From Mobula birostris (lineage: Eukaryota), in NCBI RefSeq assembly GCF_030028105.1, contig NC_092382.1, forward strand, positions 53,891,764 through 53,955,763: a stretch of 64,000 nt of DNA, read 5' to 3'. The notes under the pieces are model-generated. The model searched no databases. It was not told the origin of the DNA and saw only the letters and a list, made by a program, of their open reading frames with translations. Position numbers and translations under genes: made by a program. Below, one piece after another: positions 24,898 through 37,740 of the stretch (position 1 is its first letter; every line of letters starts with the position of its first letter).

Positions 24898-25609
24898 AAC
24901 ATGGACAATCATCTTCCAACAGATTTATTTTGTTACATATGCGGAGCACATTCGCTTTTGACATGGAGGGCGGGAGATTAGCTCGGCTGGTGAAATGGGG
25001 TACACTTTATTGATGGGGGAGATAAGATCATTTTTTTTTTCTTTCGCTTGTTCCAGTCATTTCTAGTCATTTAAATGAAAGTACAGTAGACCGCGCCAAA
25101 CTTCAAGCGTGAGAGGATGGTTTGTCTAGTCCTCAATGGGAGATGTCTACGGGCTTCTGGCCGACTGGCCAATTTATTGCTAAAATGTGTTGTTCTGCCA
25201 ACTCTGCAAAATTTTCACGTGGTGTATCGGCGTTGAATACAATTACTTTCATTGACGACGTGAGTATATTAACCGCGTACTGATGAAATAAACACCATAA
25301 GTATTTATTATGCTAAACATCATCAACTACAACCAGCACTGAATTACTCACGGCTCAGGGAAACGTATGCCTTCCACTTTCAGGAACACGTATACATTTA
25401 CTATACTTCACTTTATCTTCCCAAAGTCTTCCTTCCTTTAATAGAGAACCATTATTATCAGCACTAAATAAGAACTGATACTTATTTAGTGCTGATTGTT
25501 TATGTTATAAAAATGACTACTTAATAATATTTCTCAAATTTGGAAGGTGAAGCTTCGCGCCAAAATAAAACTTCCAATACCTTTCATTTAGAAATGTTAT
25601 AAGCAATAT

Positions 25610-25960
25610 TTTGTTTGGCACTTCTGGTGGCCGGCTTGTTGTGATCCACCCAGAGGCAGCTTCTCCACCTGCTACCTGCCACCCTGGTCTCACTTTGGCT
25701 CCAAATAACTGTTTGCATGCGACTGTGGCAACACCCTGGTACACTGCTTCGACAGGCGTGCTAAACCAGGTAAGAGCAGCCGGCAGCAATCAACCCTGGT
25801 GAGAGAGGGAATTTCTGACCCCAACATGTGAAACCAGATCCCGAAGGGAGCGGATGAGATCAGCTGCAAGTCCCAACGCCCGGGAATGCCGTTCTGCAAC
25901 GATTCATGGAGAGCGAAGGGTAAAACAAGGCACACAGTGATATAGAATGTCATAGCTATC
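25610..25960 (+). repeat. Dispersed repeat, inverted partner of 35780-36110 (possibly a LINE 5'UTR)
   Basis: Shared blocks ctggtacac(t/c)gct..gacaggcg.gctaaaccaggt, tcaaccctggtgaga.aggga and aacaaggca. Confidence 0.65.
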
Positions 25961-26365
25961 CACTGCAGCCGAGGTATTCTCCAATCTCGACGATTATTCG
26001 TGCCATTGGACCAAGATGTTTGAGCTCGAGAGTGTGGAACTTCCCCGGTGCGGCTTTTTTCTGTACGAAATTCATCCTGACCTCATCCTCGGAAATGAGG
26101 AACAGATAACACCAACAAAAAATAATTAAAAATGAATTAGAAATAAAATAACAAACAAAACCAGGTTGGACAGAACGAAGTGCTAACATTGATATACTTC
26201 AGGGATGTTACCTTGCACGAGTTTCGTAATCATTGCTGGTGTGCATTCTTTTTCTACTTACGATCTTGTATATTCCGAATAAATTGTCACCATGCCAATT
26301 TCAAAGAAAGAGTTTTTCAGTTTATCGCCAATGCGCATAGATGGATGAATAGATCCATGTGTGTA

Positions 26366-26372
26366 TATAGAT

Positions 26373-26422
<50 letters not shown>

Positions 26423-26436
26423 TAGACAGACAGACA
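26366..26436. repeat. (GATA)n/(GACA)n microsatellite
   Basis: About 12 perfect ATAG units followed by ACAG units. Confidence 0.95.
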
Positions 26437-26774
26437 GCTAAGACAGCTAGATAACTATAAAGATAGGTAGATTGAGAAGGATAGCATTTAGGAGGTAGAA
26501 ATTTTGATTCCCTTTCTCGGCTGTGATGAGACCACTGGGATATCTCGCTCCTTTCTAGAGATCCATACCTGCAATGAACAAGATTGTAACAGATCTACGG
26601 GCACATCACTCACCACACTGGTGTTGTCTGCGCTTCCTCTGACATGCCACCGATAACATGGATAATGTCTCTGCTTGTCCAGATCGCTCAATATGGCAAT
26701 ATTATTATATCAGCTCATTCGGCCCCACGATCTCTCACACAGAGGATATCAATGTTTATTCAGAACTATCTGTA

Positions 26775-27022
26775 ATGATCCTCTCCCTTCTCCAGCCTCG
26801 TATCCCTTTTGCCAATCAACTTACCAGCTCTTGGCTCCTTCCCTCCCCCTCCTGTCTTCTCCTATTATTTCGGATTTCCACCTCCACTTCCCAATTTCAA
26901 ATCTCTTATTATCTCTTCTTTCAGTTAGTCCCGACAAAGGGTCTCGACCTGAAACGTCGACTGTACCTCTTCCTATAGATGCTGCCTGGCCTGCTGCGTT
27001 CACCAACATTTTTTGTGTGCTT
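26775..27022 (+). repeat. PLE pseudo-LTR fragment with mutated hammerhead core
   Basis: agtc-CCGACAA-agggtctcgacct-GAAAC-GTC-gactg at about 26927-26963; the rest matches the reverse complement of about 950-1180. Confidence 0.85.
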
Positions 27023-27299
27023 TACTGAAAATTTCATTGTTTTTTTTCAGCCTTATCATGGACACAATGAAAACAAGAAGTACCACCATAAGATCATAAA
27101 CCATAACAATACATCTCTTTATAAAAATGTTCCTCAACACAATCACACTGTTAGTGATGATGCCCAGTCATCACCGAACACACTTTCACTGGATATCAGA
27201 ACATATTACTCATGTCTTTATTTGTTAATGAACGCTCCCATGGAGCAGATGAAATGCAAATTACAAGCTGCAGAATCAATAGCTCCAATGTGCAATTGG

Positions 27300-30107
27300 T
27301 AAAAGTTTAAACTAAAATCGCTGGGGGCTGGGAACCGATCTGCAGTCACGGAAGAAGTGGCAGTTGGCGCACAAATAGATAAAGCTTGTAGATAGTGCGA
27401 GCTGAAGGTTAGGCAGGTGATAGAGAAGAGATGAGCTCAGATGGATGGTTTGAGAGGTTTATATTATTGCAAGGAGCATTATGAGAAAAAACGGATGAGC
27501 TAGGAGTGTGCATCAGTACTTGCATCTGTGACTTTGTGGCCATTACAGAGATATAGATGGTTAGGTGGCGGGAATAGCTCTTAGAGTGCTAGGTTTTAAA
27601 TGTTTCGGGAAGGAGAGGGAGAGAGGCAACCGATGTGGGGGCGTGGCACTGCTGATCAGAGATAGCGTCGCGGCTGCAGAAAAGGAGGAAGTCATGGAAG
27701 GATTGTCAATGGAGTTCCTGTCGGTGCAGGTTAGGGACAGGAAGGGATGAATAACTCTAATGGGTGATTTTTACATACAACCCAGTCGTAACAGGGACAT
27801 CATGGAGAAGACTGGGAGACAAATTCTGGAAAGGTGTAATAATAACAGGGTTGTCTTGGTGGAAGATTTTAATTTTCCAAAAATTGATTGGCATCTCCAT
27901 AGAGCAAAGGGTTTAGATAAAGTGGGGGGTGCTAGGTGTGCTCAGGAAGGTTACTTGACACAATATGTAGATAGGCCTACAAGAGGAGAGGCAGTACTTG
28001 ATCTGGTATTGGGAAATGAACCTGGTAAGGTATCAGATCTGTCAGTGGGAAAGCATTTTAGAGATCGTGATCACAGTTCTATCTCCTTTACAATAGCATA
28101 GGGAGAGGGATAGGAAAGAAACAAGTTAGGAAACCGTTGAAGTGGAGTAAGGGGAAATATGAGGCTAGCAGGCAGGAACTTGGAAGCATAAATTGGGAAA
28201 AGATGCACTCAGGAAATGTGGCACATGTTCAGGGGATGGCTGCGTGCAGTTCTGCATAGGTACGCTCCAATGAGACAGGGAAAGAATGGCAGGGTTCAGA
28301 AACCGTTGTGTACAAAGGCGGTTGTAATTCTACTCAATAAGGAAAGTACAGCCTACGAAAGGTTCAAAAAATAAGTAATGATAGAGATCTAGAAGATTAT
28401 AAGGCTAGTAGGAAGGAGCTTAAGAGTGAAATTAGGAGAGCCAGAAGGGTCCATGAGAAGGTCTTGGCGGGTAGGATTAAGGGAAACCCCAATGCATTCC
28501 AGAAGAATGTGAGGAGCAAGAAGATAAGATATGATACAACAGAACCAATCAAGTGTGACAGTGGAAGAGTGTGTATGGAACTGGAGGAGATTGCAGAGGT
28601 ACATAATGAATACTTTGCTTCAGTATTCACTACGGAAAGGATCTTGGCGATTTTAGGGATGACGTACAGCGGACTGGAAAGCTTGAGCATATAGATATTA
28701 AGGAAAAAAAAATGTGCTGGAGCTTTTGGAAAGCATCAAGTTGGGTAAGTGACTGGGACCGGGCAAGATGTACCACAGGCTACTGTGGGAGGCGAGGGAA
28801 GAGACTCTGGCGATGATCTTTGCATCATCAATGGGGACGGGAGAGGTTCCGGAGCATTGGAGGGTTGCGAATGTTGTTCCTTTATTCAAGAAAGGGAGTA
28901 GTGATAGCCTAGGAAATTATAGACCAGTGCGTCTAACTTCAGTTCCTGGTATGTTGATGGAAAAAGTCCTGAGAGGCAGCATTAGAGAGAAATAGTATGG
29001 TTCGGACTAGTCACCATGGCTTTGTCAAAGGCAGGTTATGCTTTACGGGCCTGATTGATAGTTTTGAAGATGTGACTAAACAACGTGATGAAGGTGAAGC
29101 AGTAGATGTAGTATATATGGATTTCAGCAAGGCATTTGATAAGGTACACCATGCAAGGCTTACCGAGAAAGTAAGGAGGCAAGGGAACCAAAGCGACATT
29201 GCTTTAAGGATCCGGCATTGGCTTCCCACAGAAGAGTGGTTATTGACGGGTCATATTCTGCACGGAGGTCCGTGACCAGTGGCTAAGAAGTGATAAATGG
29301 GGTTCAACCCACAAAAGTCACAGGTTGTTCATTTTGGTAGGTCAAATATGATGGTAGAATATAAAATTAATGACAAGTTTCTTGGCCGTGTGGAGGATCA
29401 GTGGGACCTTGGGGTCTGAGTCCATAGGACACTCAATTCTGCGACATAGGTTGACTCTGTGGTTAACAAGGCATACGGAGCATTGGCCTTCTTCAATCGT
29501 GGGAATGAGTTTTAAAGCTCAGAGGTAATGTTACAGCTATATTGGACTCTGGTCAGGCACCACTTAGAGAATTGTGCTCAATTCTGGTCGCCTCACTACA
29601 GGATGTGGAAACCATAGGAAGGGTGCAGAGGAGATTTACAAGAATATTGCCTGGATTGAGAGCATGCCTTATGACAACAGTTTGAGTGAACACGGCCTTT
29701 TCTCCTTGGAGTGACAGAGCATAAGGGGTCACCTGACAGGGGTGTATAAGATGATAAGAGGCATTGACATGTGGATAATCAGAGTCTTTTCTCCAGGGCT
29801 GAAATGGCTTCCACGAGAGGGCACATTTTTAAACTGCTTAGAAGTACTTGCAGAGGAGATTTCAGGGGTAGTTTGTTTTTTTTTACCAGAGAGTGGTGAG
29901 AGCGTGGTTTGGGCTGCCGTCGGGAGTGGTGGAGACGGAAAAGATAGGGTCTTTTTACAGACTCCCAGATGGATACATGAAGCTTAGCAAAATAGAGGGC
30001 TGTGGGTAAGCCTAGGTTGTTCTAAGGTAAGGACATGATCGGTACAGATTTGTGGGCCGAATAGCCTGTATTGCTCTGTAGGTTTTCTACGTTTCTCTGT
30101 TTCTATA
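27300..30107 (+). mobile_element. CR1 LINE relic (EN-RT-3'UTR, internally deleted)
   Basis: GGVALLIRD, DFNFPKIDW, PTRGEAVLDLVLGN, NYRPVRLTS, YMDFSKAFDKV; tttctctgtttctat tail. Confidence 0.9.
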
Positions 30108-31960
30108 GCAACTTTATGTTTCATGCAATAGTCTGTCTGCGAATGTTTTCAGCTGAATCCTGTAGACTGTTACGTGATTTGTAAGAGAGTCCCATTATAG
30201 TTGTCATACTCATCTTATTCCCGATTTCCAACGTTAGCGCCTCACTGGACGAATTTTCCAGTCTGTCCTAACTGAGGAGTGCTGAGAATTTTTCTGCGAT
30301 TAACAGCCCCACGCCTCCTCCTTTAAACCCTCACGCTCCGTCGGGTCCAAAGTGAGGAAACTCCGCAATACTTAGATGCCAGCTCTGCCCCTCCTGCAAC
30401 CAAGTCAGGCACATAGACGATCTCTACACTCAAAGACTTACTTTTGAAATCCTCCCACTTACCAAGTAAACGAGAAAGCACCCTCTCCCAATCCACATTT
30501 TCCAGATCCTTTCTCATAGTGGCCTAATGGGGCTTTCTTCAAGTCAGAATCTCAACCCCCAGACCAGAAATATGTTTCTCCTATATTTAGTTTGATGCTT
30601 GTGATACTTCGATCAATTGATGCAATATTTTCCCCTCCAGAAATTTCTGTCACCTGTCCGGTCTCATTCCATACTTGCAGATTAAGTATCGTTCACTCTT
30701 GTTGCAACATCTACGTATTGATGAAAGAAACTTTCCTGAACGTATTTGGCAATCTGTATCCGATCACGTCATTTTAATAAATTTCAAAGTTTAAAGAAAA
30801 TCAGGCATTTCAGAAAACATATATGTCACCACCTACAACTGTGAGACTCTTTTTCCTTTGGGTATACTTAGCAACATCTATGACAGTCCCTGTCAATATG
30901 AGGACAATTAAAATTGCCTACAATAACAAACTTATGTTTCTTGCAACAGTCTGTCCGCGAATGTGTTCCTTTAAGCCGCGCGGACTGTTAAGTGTTCTGT
31001 AATATAGCCCAATTAAAGTCATTATACCTAACTTATTCTACAGTTTCCACCGTTAGCGCCTCACTAGACGAATTTTCCAGTCTGCCCTTCTGAGTAGGGC
31101 CATGACATTTTCCGTGACTAGCAACGGCACACCGACCCCTTCTATCCCTCCCGCACTATCGCGTTTAAAGTAGTGGAACTCCGTAAAATTAAGATGACTG
31201 TACTACATCCCCTGCAGTCAAGTCTCACTAATCGCTACATTACTATAAATCCATGGGTTTGTTTCCGGCCTGAGTTCATCTGCCTTTCTTACGATACTTC
31301 CTGCATTGTAATATACACTGCTATGCACATTTGCCTTTCACTGACCAACACTATGTCTCCACAGTGAAAGTTGAAAGTTGAAAACGGATAACGCGGGCAG
31401 AAAGGACTAAGCCAATTCCCTGTACAGTGGATGGTACAGATTGCTGAAGCGCTGATGAACTCCACCCAAACCATCGACCTCAAGAAGGCGATGGGGACAG
31501 GAGATCATCGATGGCTTAATCTCCAGTTTGGAGCCCAAGGTCCAAGTAAAGGAGTAAGGACAGTAGGCGCCCCATGCTCAAACATTTAATTTCTCTTTAA
31601 GGTCTTAACATCTTCTGTCTTCAACAACTCTCCAAAATGTGTTCTGATAGTCGGTTAACCTTCCACTGCAACTATATTTAACCCCTCACACTCCACCCCG
31701 TACAACACTAGAAATCCGTTCCAGTAGGATATGATCCCCCTCAAGTTCAGGTGCAAACCCTCTCCTCTGAACATGTCTCCAAAAATATGTCGTCCTCCCT
31801 CCTCCACAATTTTCTTAGTCCCGTGTTAAACTATATATTCTTCCTATTTCAGGCTCCACTAGCACATGGCAGCAATCCTAAGATGGCATCTCTAGAAGAC
31901 CTACTCTTAAAAGTTGCACCTAACTCTCCGAACCAATTTTGCAGAAATTCGTTTCTTACC
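30108..31960 (-). mobile_element. Old CR1 endonuclease-region fragments, including two similar copies
   Basis: 30108-30290 resembles 30925-31100; EN-like text on the minus strand. Confidence 0.55.
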
Positions 31961-32639
31961 TGAAGTTAGCATAACCTGTGAATCTTTACACTTCATTTTC
32001 AGAACGCTGAGGGTTGTATCGGCGATGCCCCGCAATCTGTCACTCTGGAGTTAACTGAACATCTGGAAATCTCGTTCTCCTCCGCAGAACTTGCTTTCAG
32101 GGATCATTAATCGAACAGCTATGATATCGATTGAGAGGACGACTAGTCCCCTGGGCATCTAGAAACACACACAAAGCGAATGGGCGCGGTTTAACAAGAT
32201 TGCTCAATGGAGAAATATACTGAATTGCTGAATTCTGCTTTCCATATTGAACATAAATATCGCTTATTTAATATCCTGCTGTAACCGCTACAACACTCGC
32301 TAACACAAAAGCAACGTTGGCGACAACTGGACGGAACTGCCAGTGCCGGTACTCAATTACAATTCATGTATAACTTAAAAATGGACAAATATTCAGATAC
32401 AGATGTCCTTATGCTGGAAATTTAATAAGCGAGTCAGTGGAGATTCATCTCCAGAAAAGGAGGATTAAGGCGTCCCTTCCCTCCACTAGCCTTCTGGCCA
32501 CTCCTGGGAAACATGCAGTACCTGCTTCGCACCCTGATCAATTTCACGTGAAGACATGGCAGCAGGTGTTGGACGGTTGTATGAGCAGATGGTACATTTC
32601 ACAACTCCTGGCTTTGTAACTGCTGACGCTAGCAAGACA

Positions 32640-32990
32640 ATAGAAACATAGAAACATAGAAAACCTACAGCACAATATAGGGCCTTCGGTCCACAAAGCT
32701 GTGCCGAACATGTCCTTACCCAGAAATTACAAACGGTTATCCGTTGCCCTAGATTTTTCTAAGCGCCATGTACCTATCCAGGAGTCGATTACAAGACCCT
32801 ATCTCATCCGTCTCCACCACTGCCGCCGGCAGCCTATTCCACTCTCTGCGTAAAATATTTACCCGACATCTCCTCTGTACCTACGTCCAAGCACTTCAAA
32901 ACTAGGCCCTCGCGTGCTAGCCATTTCAACCTTGTGGAAAAGCCTCTGACTATCCACACGATCAATGCCTCTCATCATGCTGTACAGTGA
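32640..32990 (-). mobile_element. CR1 3'UTR fragment
   Basis: (ATAGAAAC)n tail; matches 57840-58190. Confidence 0.85.
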
Positions 32991-34731
32991 TATCGCCTGT
33001 GCCTGTAGAACGCATAAATGGATAAAAAACACAATCGATCGTTAGAGAAACATAATTTATTGGAATTTGACGCCCTCTTCTCACACCGCATTGAATTCAC
33101 ATTATTGCTTGCCCGTCCGCTGTAAACTTATACATTGGGAATTCACGGTGATTTCGAGCGCTGCAGAACGATCAATGCAGCTTTACACATAATTACTCTG
33201 ATCAAGCGATCCTGCTCGATGGACAGCACGGACTGAAGGTGCAAAATATTCAGCTGCCCAACACGTGAAAAGTGATAGGTTTTGGTCCCGTGATTCGCAA
33301 ACGGAGCTAAAGTTGTTAAAGTCGTTCAACATTTACGTTATTGGCCATCGAATGCAACAGGATAGGAAACTGAATCACTCAGCCACCCAGCCGCCTAATT
33401 TTGCTAAAATATCCCTATTAGGTCTTTGTTTCAATGGCAGACTTGGTTTAATCTGACAGTAGGAACAATGGGTGTTTGATTGGATTCTGCATGACTTTAT
33501 TAAATATATACATAGAGATATATAGTATGAAATCAGAGCATTATGTTCATGACAACCAGGATGCCAATCAAAACTCGATCTATTTGCCAGCGTTCGGTGC
33601 ATAGCCTTGCAAACCTTTACAAAGCGTGTATCTATTCAACTGTTTTAAAATTATACATTGTACCTGGCTACACTCTCCCTGACAGTTTCTTACCTACAAA
33701 TGCCAATTTTATTGAATTTTTCAGAAATCTGGGAAAGAAAGACTGAGTGCATATACCCTTTCGATACTGCTCATAGGTTTCGTCACATCGATAAATTGAC
33801 CATTCATTCTGCTCAGCTCCAAAGAATAACATTCTTACTGTCCACCTTCTCTCACATTGAAATTCCTTATCTCCCAGTAAAACGTTGATAAATCACTCCT
33901 GCACTATGTTCAGTGCAATTCTGTTTGTTCTATGGCTGAAACTGAACAGACTAGTTCAATTGCAGCCTTACCTGATGCTTACAGCACTACCGCTTTTAGG
34001 GAACAGCAGGCTCCCACTCCCTCGGTTCTACACAAACCCCCAAGTCCAAGCCGTTTATAGTAGATATTCTACCTTGATCGACTTTCCCAAATGAAGCATC
34101 TCTAACTGATCCGAATTAAGCTCCCTTTCACATGCATCGACCTAGTTACTCAGCTGATCAAAATTCCAAAGAAAATCTCGGTAACACTCTTCACTGTCCA
34201 CTATTACAGCTATACTGGTAACAACTGTAAAAAAATAGAACTATTCCTTGTATATTGTCTTACCGACCATTGATGTAGAAGACAGAAAATAATAAAACCA
34301 GCAGAAATACCTCAGCCACATCATTAGTCACAACCTATAGTCCGAAAAACATCCTGGCCAACAGTGGCAATATCACTTCAGCTCAGAGATAGTTCGGGGA
34401 AGAGGTAATAACCCCAGGGTGGTCAGTGGCGTGTTAGAAAAATCGCAGACCATTCTGCATATTGAAGGGAAGTGCCTCTGTAAACTATAAAGCTGGCCCG
34501 TAATCAATTGTCGTTTCAGCATGACATCAATGCGCATGCTTCATGTCTGCTGTCGTCCAATCGAAATCCAGATAATGGACCTCCAGCAGCTCTTACAGAT
34601 GAGCGTGAGTGTGCCGAGTAAAACGATTGCCCATATTCATCTGTCTGTCTTTCACATTACTGACCCTCTGCAGAGACCGTTTTATTCTGTTCCTTTCAAT
34701 ATTTTATCTCATTTGAACAGTATTTACAAAT

Positions 34732-34754
34732 TATATATATATATATATATATAT
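34732..34754. repeat. (TA)n microsatellite
   Basis: Visible TA run. Confidence 0.9.
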
Positions 34755-35189
34755 GTACACAAACATATAACTGAGCATATTCCGGAATTCTGCAAGTGTC
34801 GAACTACAACATGCATCTCATGTTTAGAGTGATTAATCTGATTAGTGATGTGCAATAAATCTGCCTCGTTATTACACAGCCCGATTGAAACAGCAAAAAA
34901 CATGCACGTTTGTTCGAAGCATTCAGCACATTTTTCTTCAACAGCCCAGTATGTTAATGTATACATATGTTCCTGCATACAGAGGGTGTATTAAAATTAC
35001 ATCTACTATTCTATTGCTGGCATGATGCATCAGAGAAAATAATATCGGTTGTGTAAAGGTGTAATTGATGAAGACTTGGCATTCTTAAGTTCCCCGGTGG
35101 TTTCCATTATCTGAACCGACTGAGCACAAGCTGTACCAATTTTCGACATTTAGGTTCTTTATCCGCGAAGCCATGAACAAAGGCTGGCA

Positions 35190-35430
35190 ACCCATATCAA
35201 AGTTGCTGATGAACGCAGCAGGCCAGGCAGCATCTCTAGGAAGAGGTGCAGTCGACGTTTCGGGCCGAAACCCTTTGTCAGGACTAACTGAAAGAAGAGC
35301 TAGTAAGAGATTTGAAAGTGGGGGGGGGGGGGGTGTTCCGAAATGATGCCTGAAACGTCGACTGTACCTCCTCCTAGACATGCTGCCTGGCCTGCTGCGT
35401 TCACCAGCAACTTTGAAGTGTGTTGCTTGA
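35190..35430. repeat. Inverted pair of PLE pseudo-LTR fragments with a hammerhead remnant
   Basis: Minus arm (35195-35345) has agtc-CTGACAA-agggtttcggccc-GAAAC-GTC-gactg. Plus arm (35348-35430) starts cctgaaacgtcgactg. The arms are mutual reverse complements. Confidence 0.85.
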
Positions 35431-35779
35431 GCTTTACTGTCTGAGTGCGGGAGTGTGATTGGAGACAACTTTACTAACACTGACATGCAACCCAGCAGAG
35501 GGAGGGAAGCCCCGGACACCCACTCACCCAAACAGGGACGGGGAGGCACGGATGCTGGGCATCAAAATTAATTACTCTATCTTCTAGTAACCGCTGAGCT
35601 CCCGGGTCTCTCCATCATTGATCAGGGAGCCCGCCCCCGCGCGATCATCGCGCTCCGCCCTCACCGGGAATCCTGGCAACCACGCGAGCTTTAGTATCTA
35701 TCTCTCTGTCTCTCTCTCTCTCTTGAAAGTGGGAAGGGGAGAGAGTTCCAGTCTCGTCGTCAAAATTAAAGTATGACGC

Positions 35780-36110
35780 CTTCTATGCCTTGTTATGGCA
35801 ATCCCTCTCTATGAAGCATTACAGCACCACCTACATTGACGTTGGATCTTGTAGTTGAACTCATCCTCCCAGTCCGGGAACTGGCATCGCATGCTGGGAT
35901 AGGCAAATCCCTGTCTCACCAGGGTTGAAATTTTCCGACTTTCCTCACCTGGTTTAGCCCGCCTGTCGTAGCGGTGTACCAGAGTGTCTCCACTGTAGCA
36001 CGTAAACATTTACCTGGAGCCACAGCTAAGAGCTGGGTGGCAGGGGTGGGACAGAGGTAGACGAGCTGCCCCTGGGCGGAACACCACATGCCCACCCTGA
36101 CAGCTGCCAA
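35780..36110 (-). repeat. Dispersed repeat, inverted partner of 25610-25960
   Basis: Same shared blocks as 25610-25960, reverse-complemented. Confidence 0.65.
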
Positions 36111-36699
36111 ACTAATTATTCCTTATGGAACCTCCCGGTTTCCTTGGCTGCGAAGGCTCCGGGAAGGCACTCTGTGGTCCCGCCAAACTCGTGAGATTGA
36201 CATAGCTCTCACATTCCAAATTCCGGATTGTGTGGATGCTGTGTAATTTGCTACCCTGTTACAAATTAATGCCAGGAAATAACAGACAGTACACTGCACA
36301 CTATTAAAAGAATTATATTTATGAATCTTAACTTAAAGATTAGTTATGAAAACAAAAAAGCGCCCATTGTTAATTAAACAGTGAAATATCCACAAGATGG
36401 AGATCATCTTGAACTTCGCAAATGAGCCGAGTGCCACGCCTCGATACCAGTTCCACGATAGATATATAAGTGAGATTTTCTCGGGTGAACCGGGGGCTGC
36501 ACGTTGGTATGATTTCCATACAGGATACAGAGTGGTAAGGCTATTTTTTCCAATAAGCCGAGATCCACAATTGGCATGGAGTGGTGTACTGCAAGAGCAG
36601 AAGGAAGTGTGATTATGAGGTGAATTTGAACACATCCTCTGTTCTGCACATAGTTATATCGGTGACAATGTGGAAAATGAGAAGACACTGAATGGGGAA

Positions 36700-37740
36700 A
36701 TAGGACAGATATCGTCTTGGACTCATATATTATGACTACAGAGAATAGACTCTTCCGCCGCCTCAGATCATCTCGCTGTGATCTTCCGCCTACTCACATT
36801 CATCTGCACCGTCCTTTCGTCTCTCATTTGTGTACCTACACGAACTTCATTGAAATGTTGCAATTGAATCCGCATCGACCACTTACGCTGACAGTTCCTT
36901 CCACACTCGCTCGAATATGTGAGGGAATAAGACTTCTCCGATGTTCTTTTGCAGCTTTCACCTTTCAGCACAAACCTATGAGCTCTAGTTCTAGATTTAC
37001 TCAGAGAATGGGGAAAATCTGCGAGTATTCGTTTTGTCTATAACTCGCATGATTTGGTGTACGATCCCCACTCATTTTCCTGCTCTCCAGGGAATAAATT
37101 CCTAACCGATTCAACCTTTCCCGAAGTTTCTTGGCATTAATTCCCCAAAACAATCCTTGTAAAGGATCACTGCAATCTTTGAAACTTATTGATGTGTTTA
37201 TACAATAGGTAGGTGACCAGAACAGCACACAATATATTTTCTACGGCCTCACCAAGGTGCTGTACTGCTTCAACATAACGTCCCAACTCCTGTACTCAGT
37301 CAACTGATTGTGAAGGTCAATATGATTAGAGCTCACTACGTCTCGAACAACCTGTGACATGGTTTTCCTGGAACTATGGATCTATATTCCAAGGTCTCCT
37401 GTTAAATATTGCACACTAAGTCGTTCCATTCCAATATGCACGTCGTACTCTGCTGTATGTTTTTCTCCCAACGGAGACCACCTCAGACATGTCCGTGTTC
37501 AATTCAATCTGCCATATTTCAACTCATTACCCAGTCAGTCAATATCACGCTACCAGCTTGGATAGTCTTCCTGGCTGTACAGACCATCCCCAATCTCGGA
37601 GCTGTCGAAACGTTTCTGATCCTGTTGCCTACATTGACATCTAGATCATTGTTATAGCCGATACATATGAACGGGCCGAACCCCATTCGCTGCAGCACAA
37701 TAGTGACAGTGAAAAAATCAACCATTCACTCTCTGCTAAT
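36700..37740 (-). mobile_element. Old CR1 RT/3' fragment
   Basis: ORF 37001-37228 contains LFWSP...RLNRLGIYSLESRKMSGD. Confidence 0.6.

Larger units (their letters stand above)
17760..25085 (-). repeat. Left arm of inverted segmental duplication (pairs with about 38320-44540)
   Basis: Collinear reverse-complement matches: 17760-17830~44480-44540; 18520-19500~42950-44470; 19820-19980~42460-42650; 21180-21480~42070-42400; gene, intron and UTR; 24314-24666 and 24900-25085~38320-38857. Confidence 0.85.

Noticed and set aside
25610-25800. Possible HDV-like ribozyme (gctaa followed by accagg pairing with cctggt)
   Set aside because: Only about 24 nt separate the putative P2 strands, too few for P3/L3/P1/P1.1/P4; it reads as a simple hairpin.
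31391-31470. CTGATGA motif as another hammerhead
   Set aside because: No stem II followed by GAAA and NUH at suitable spacing.
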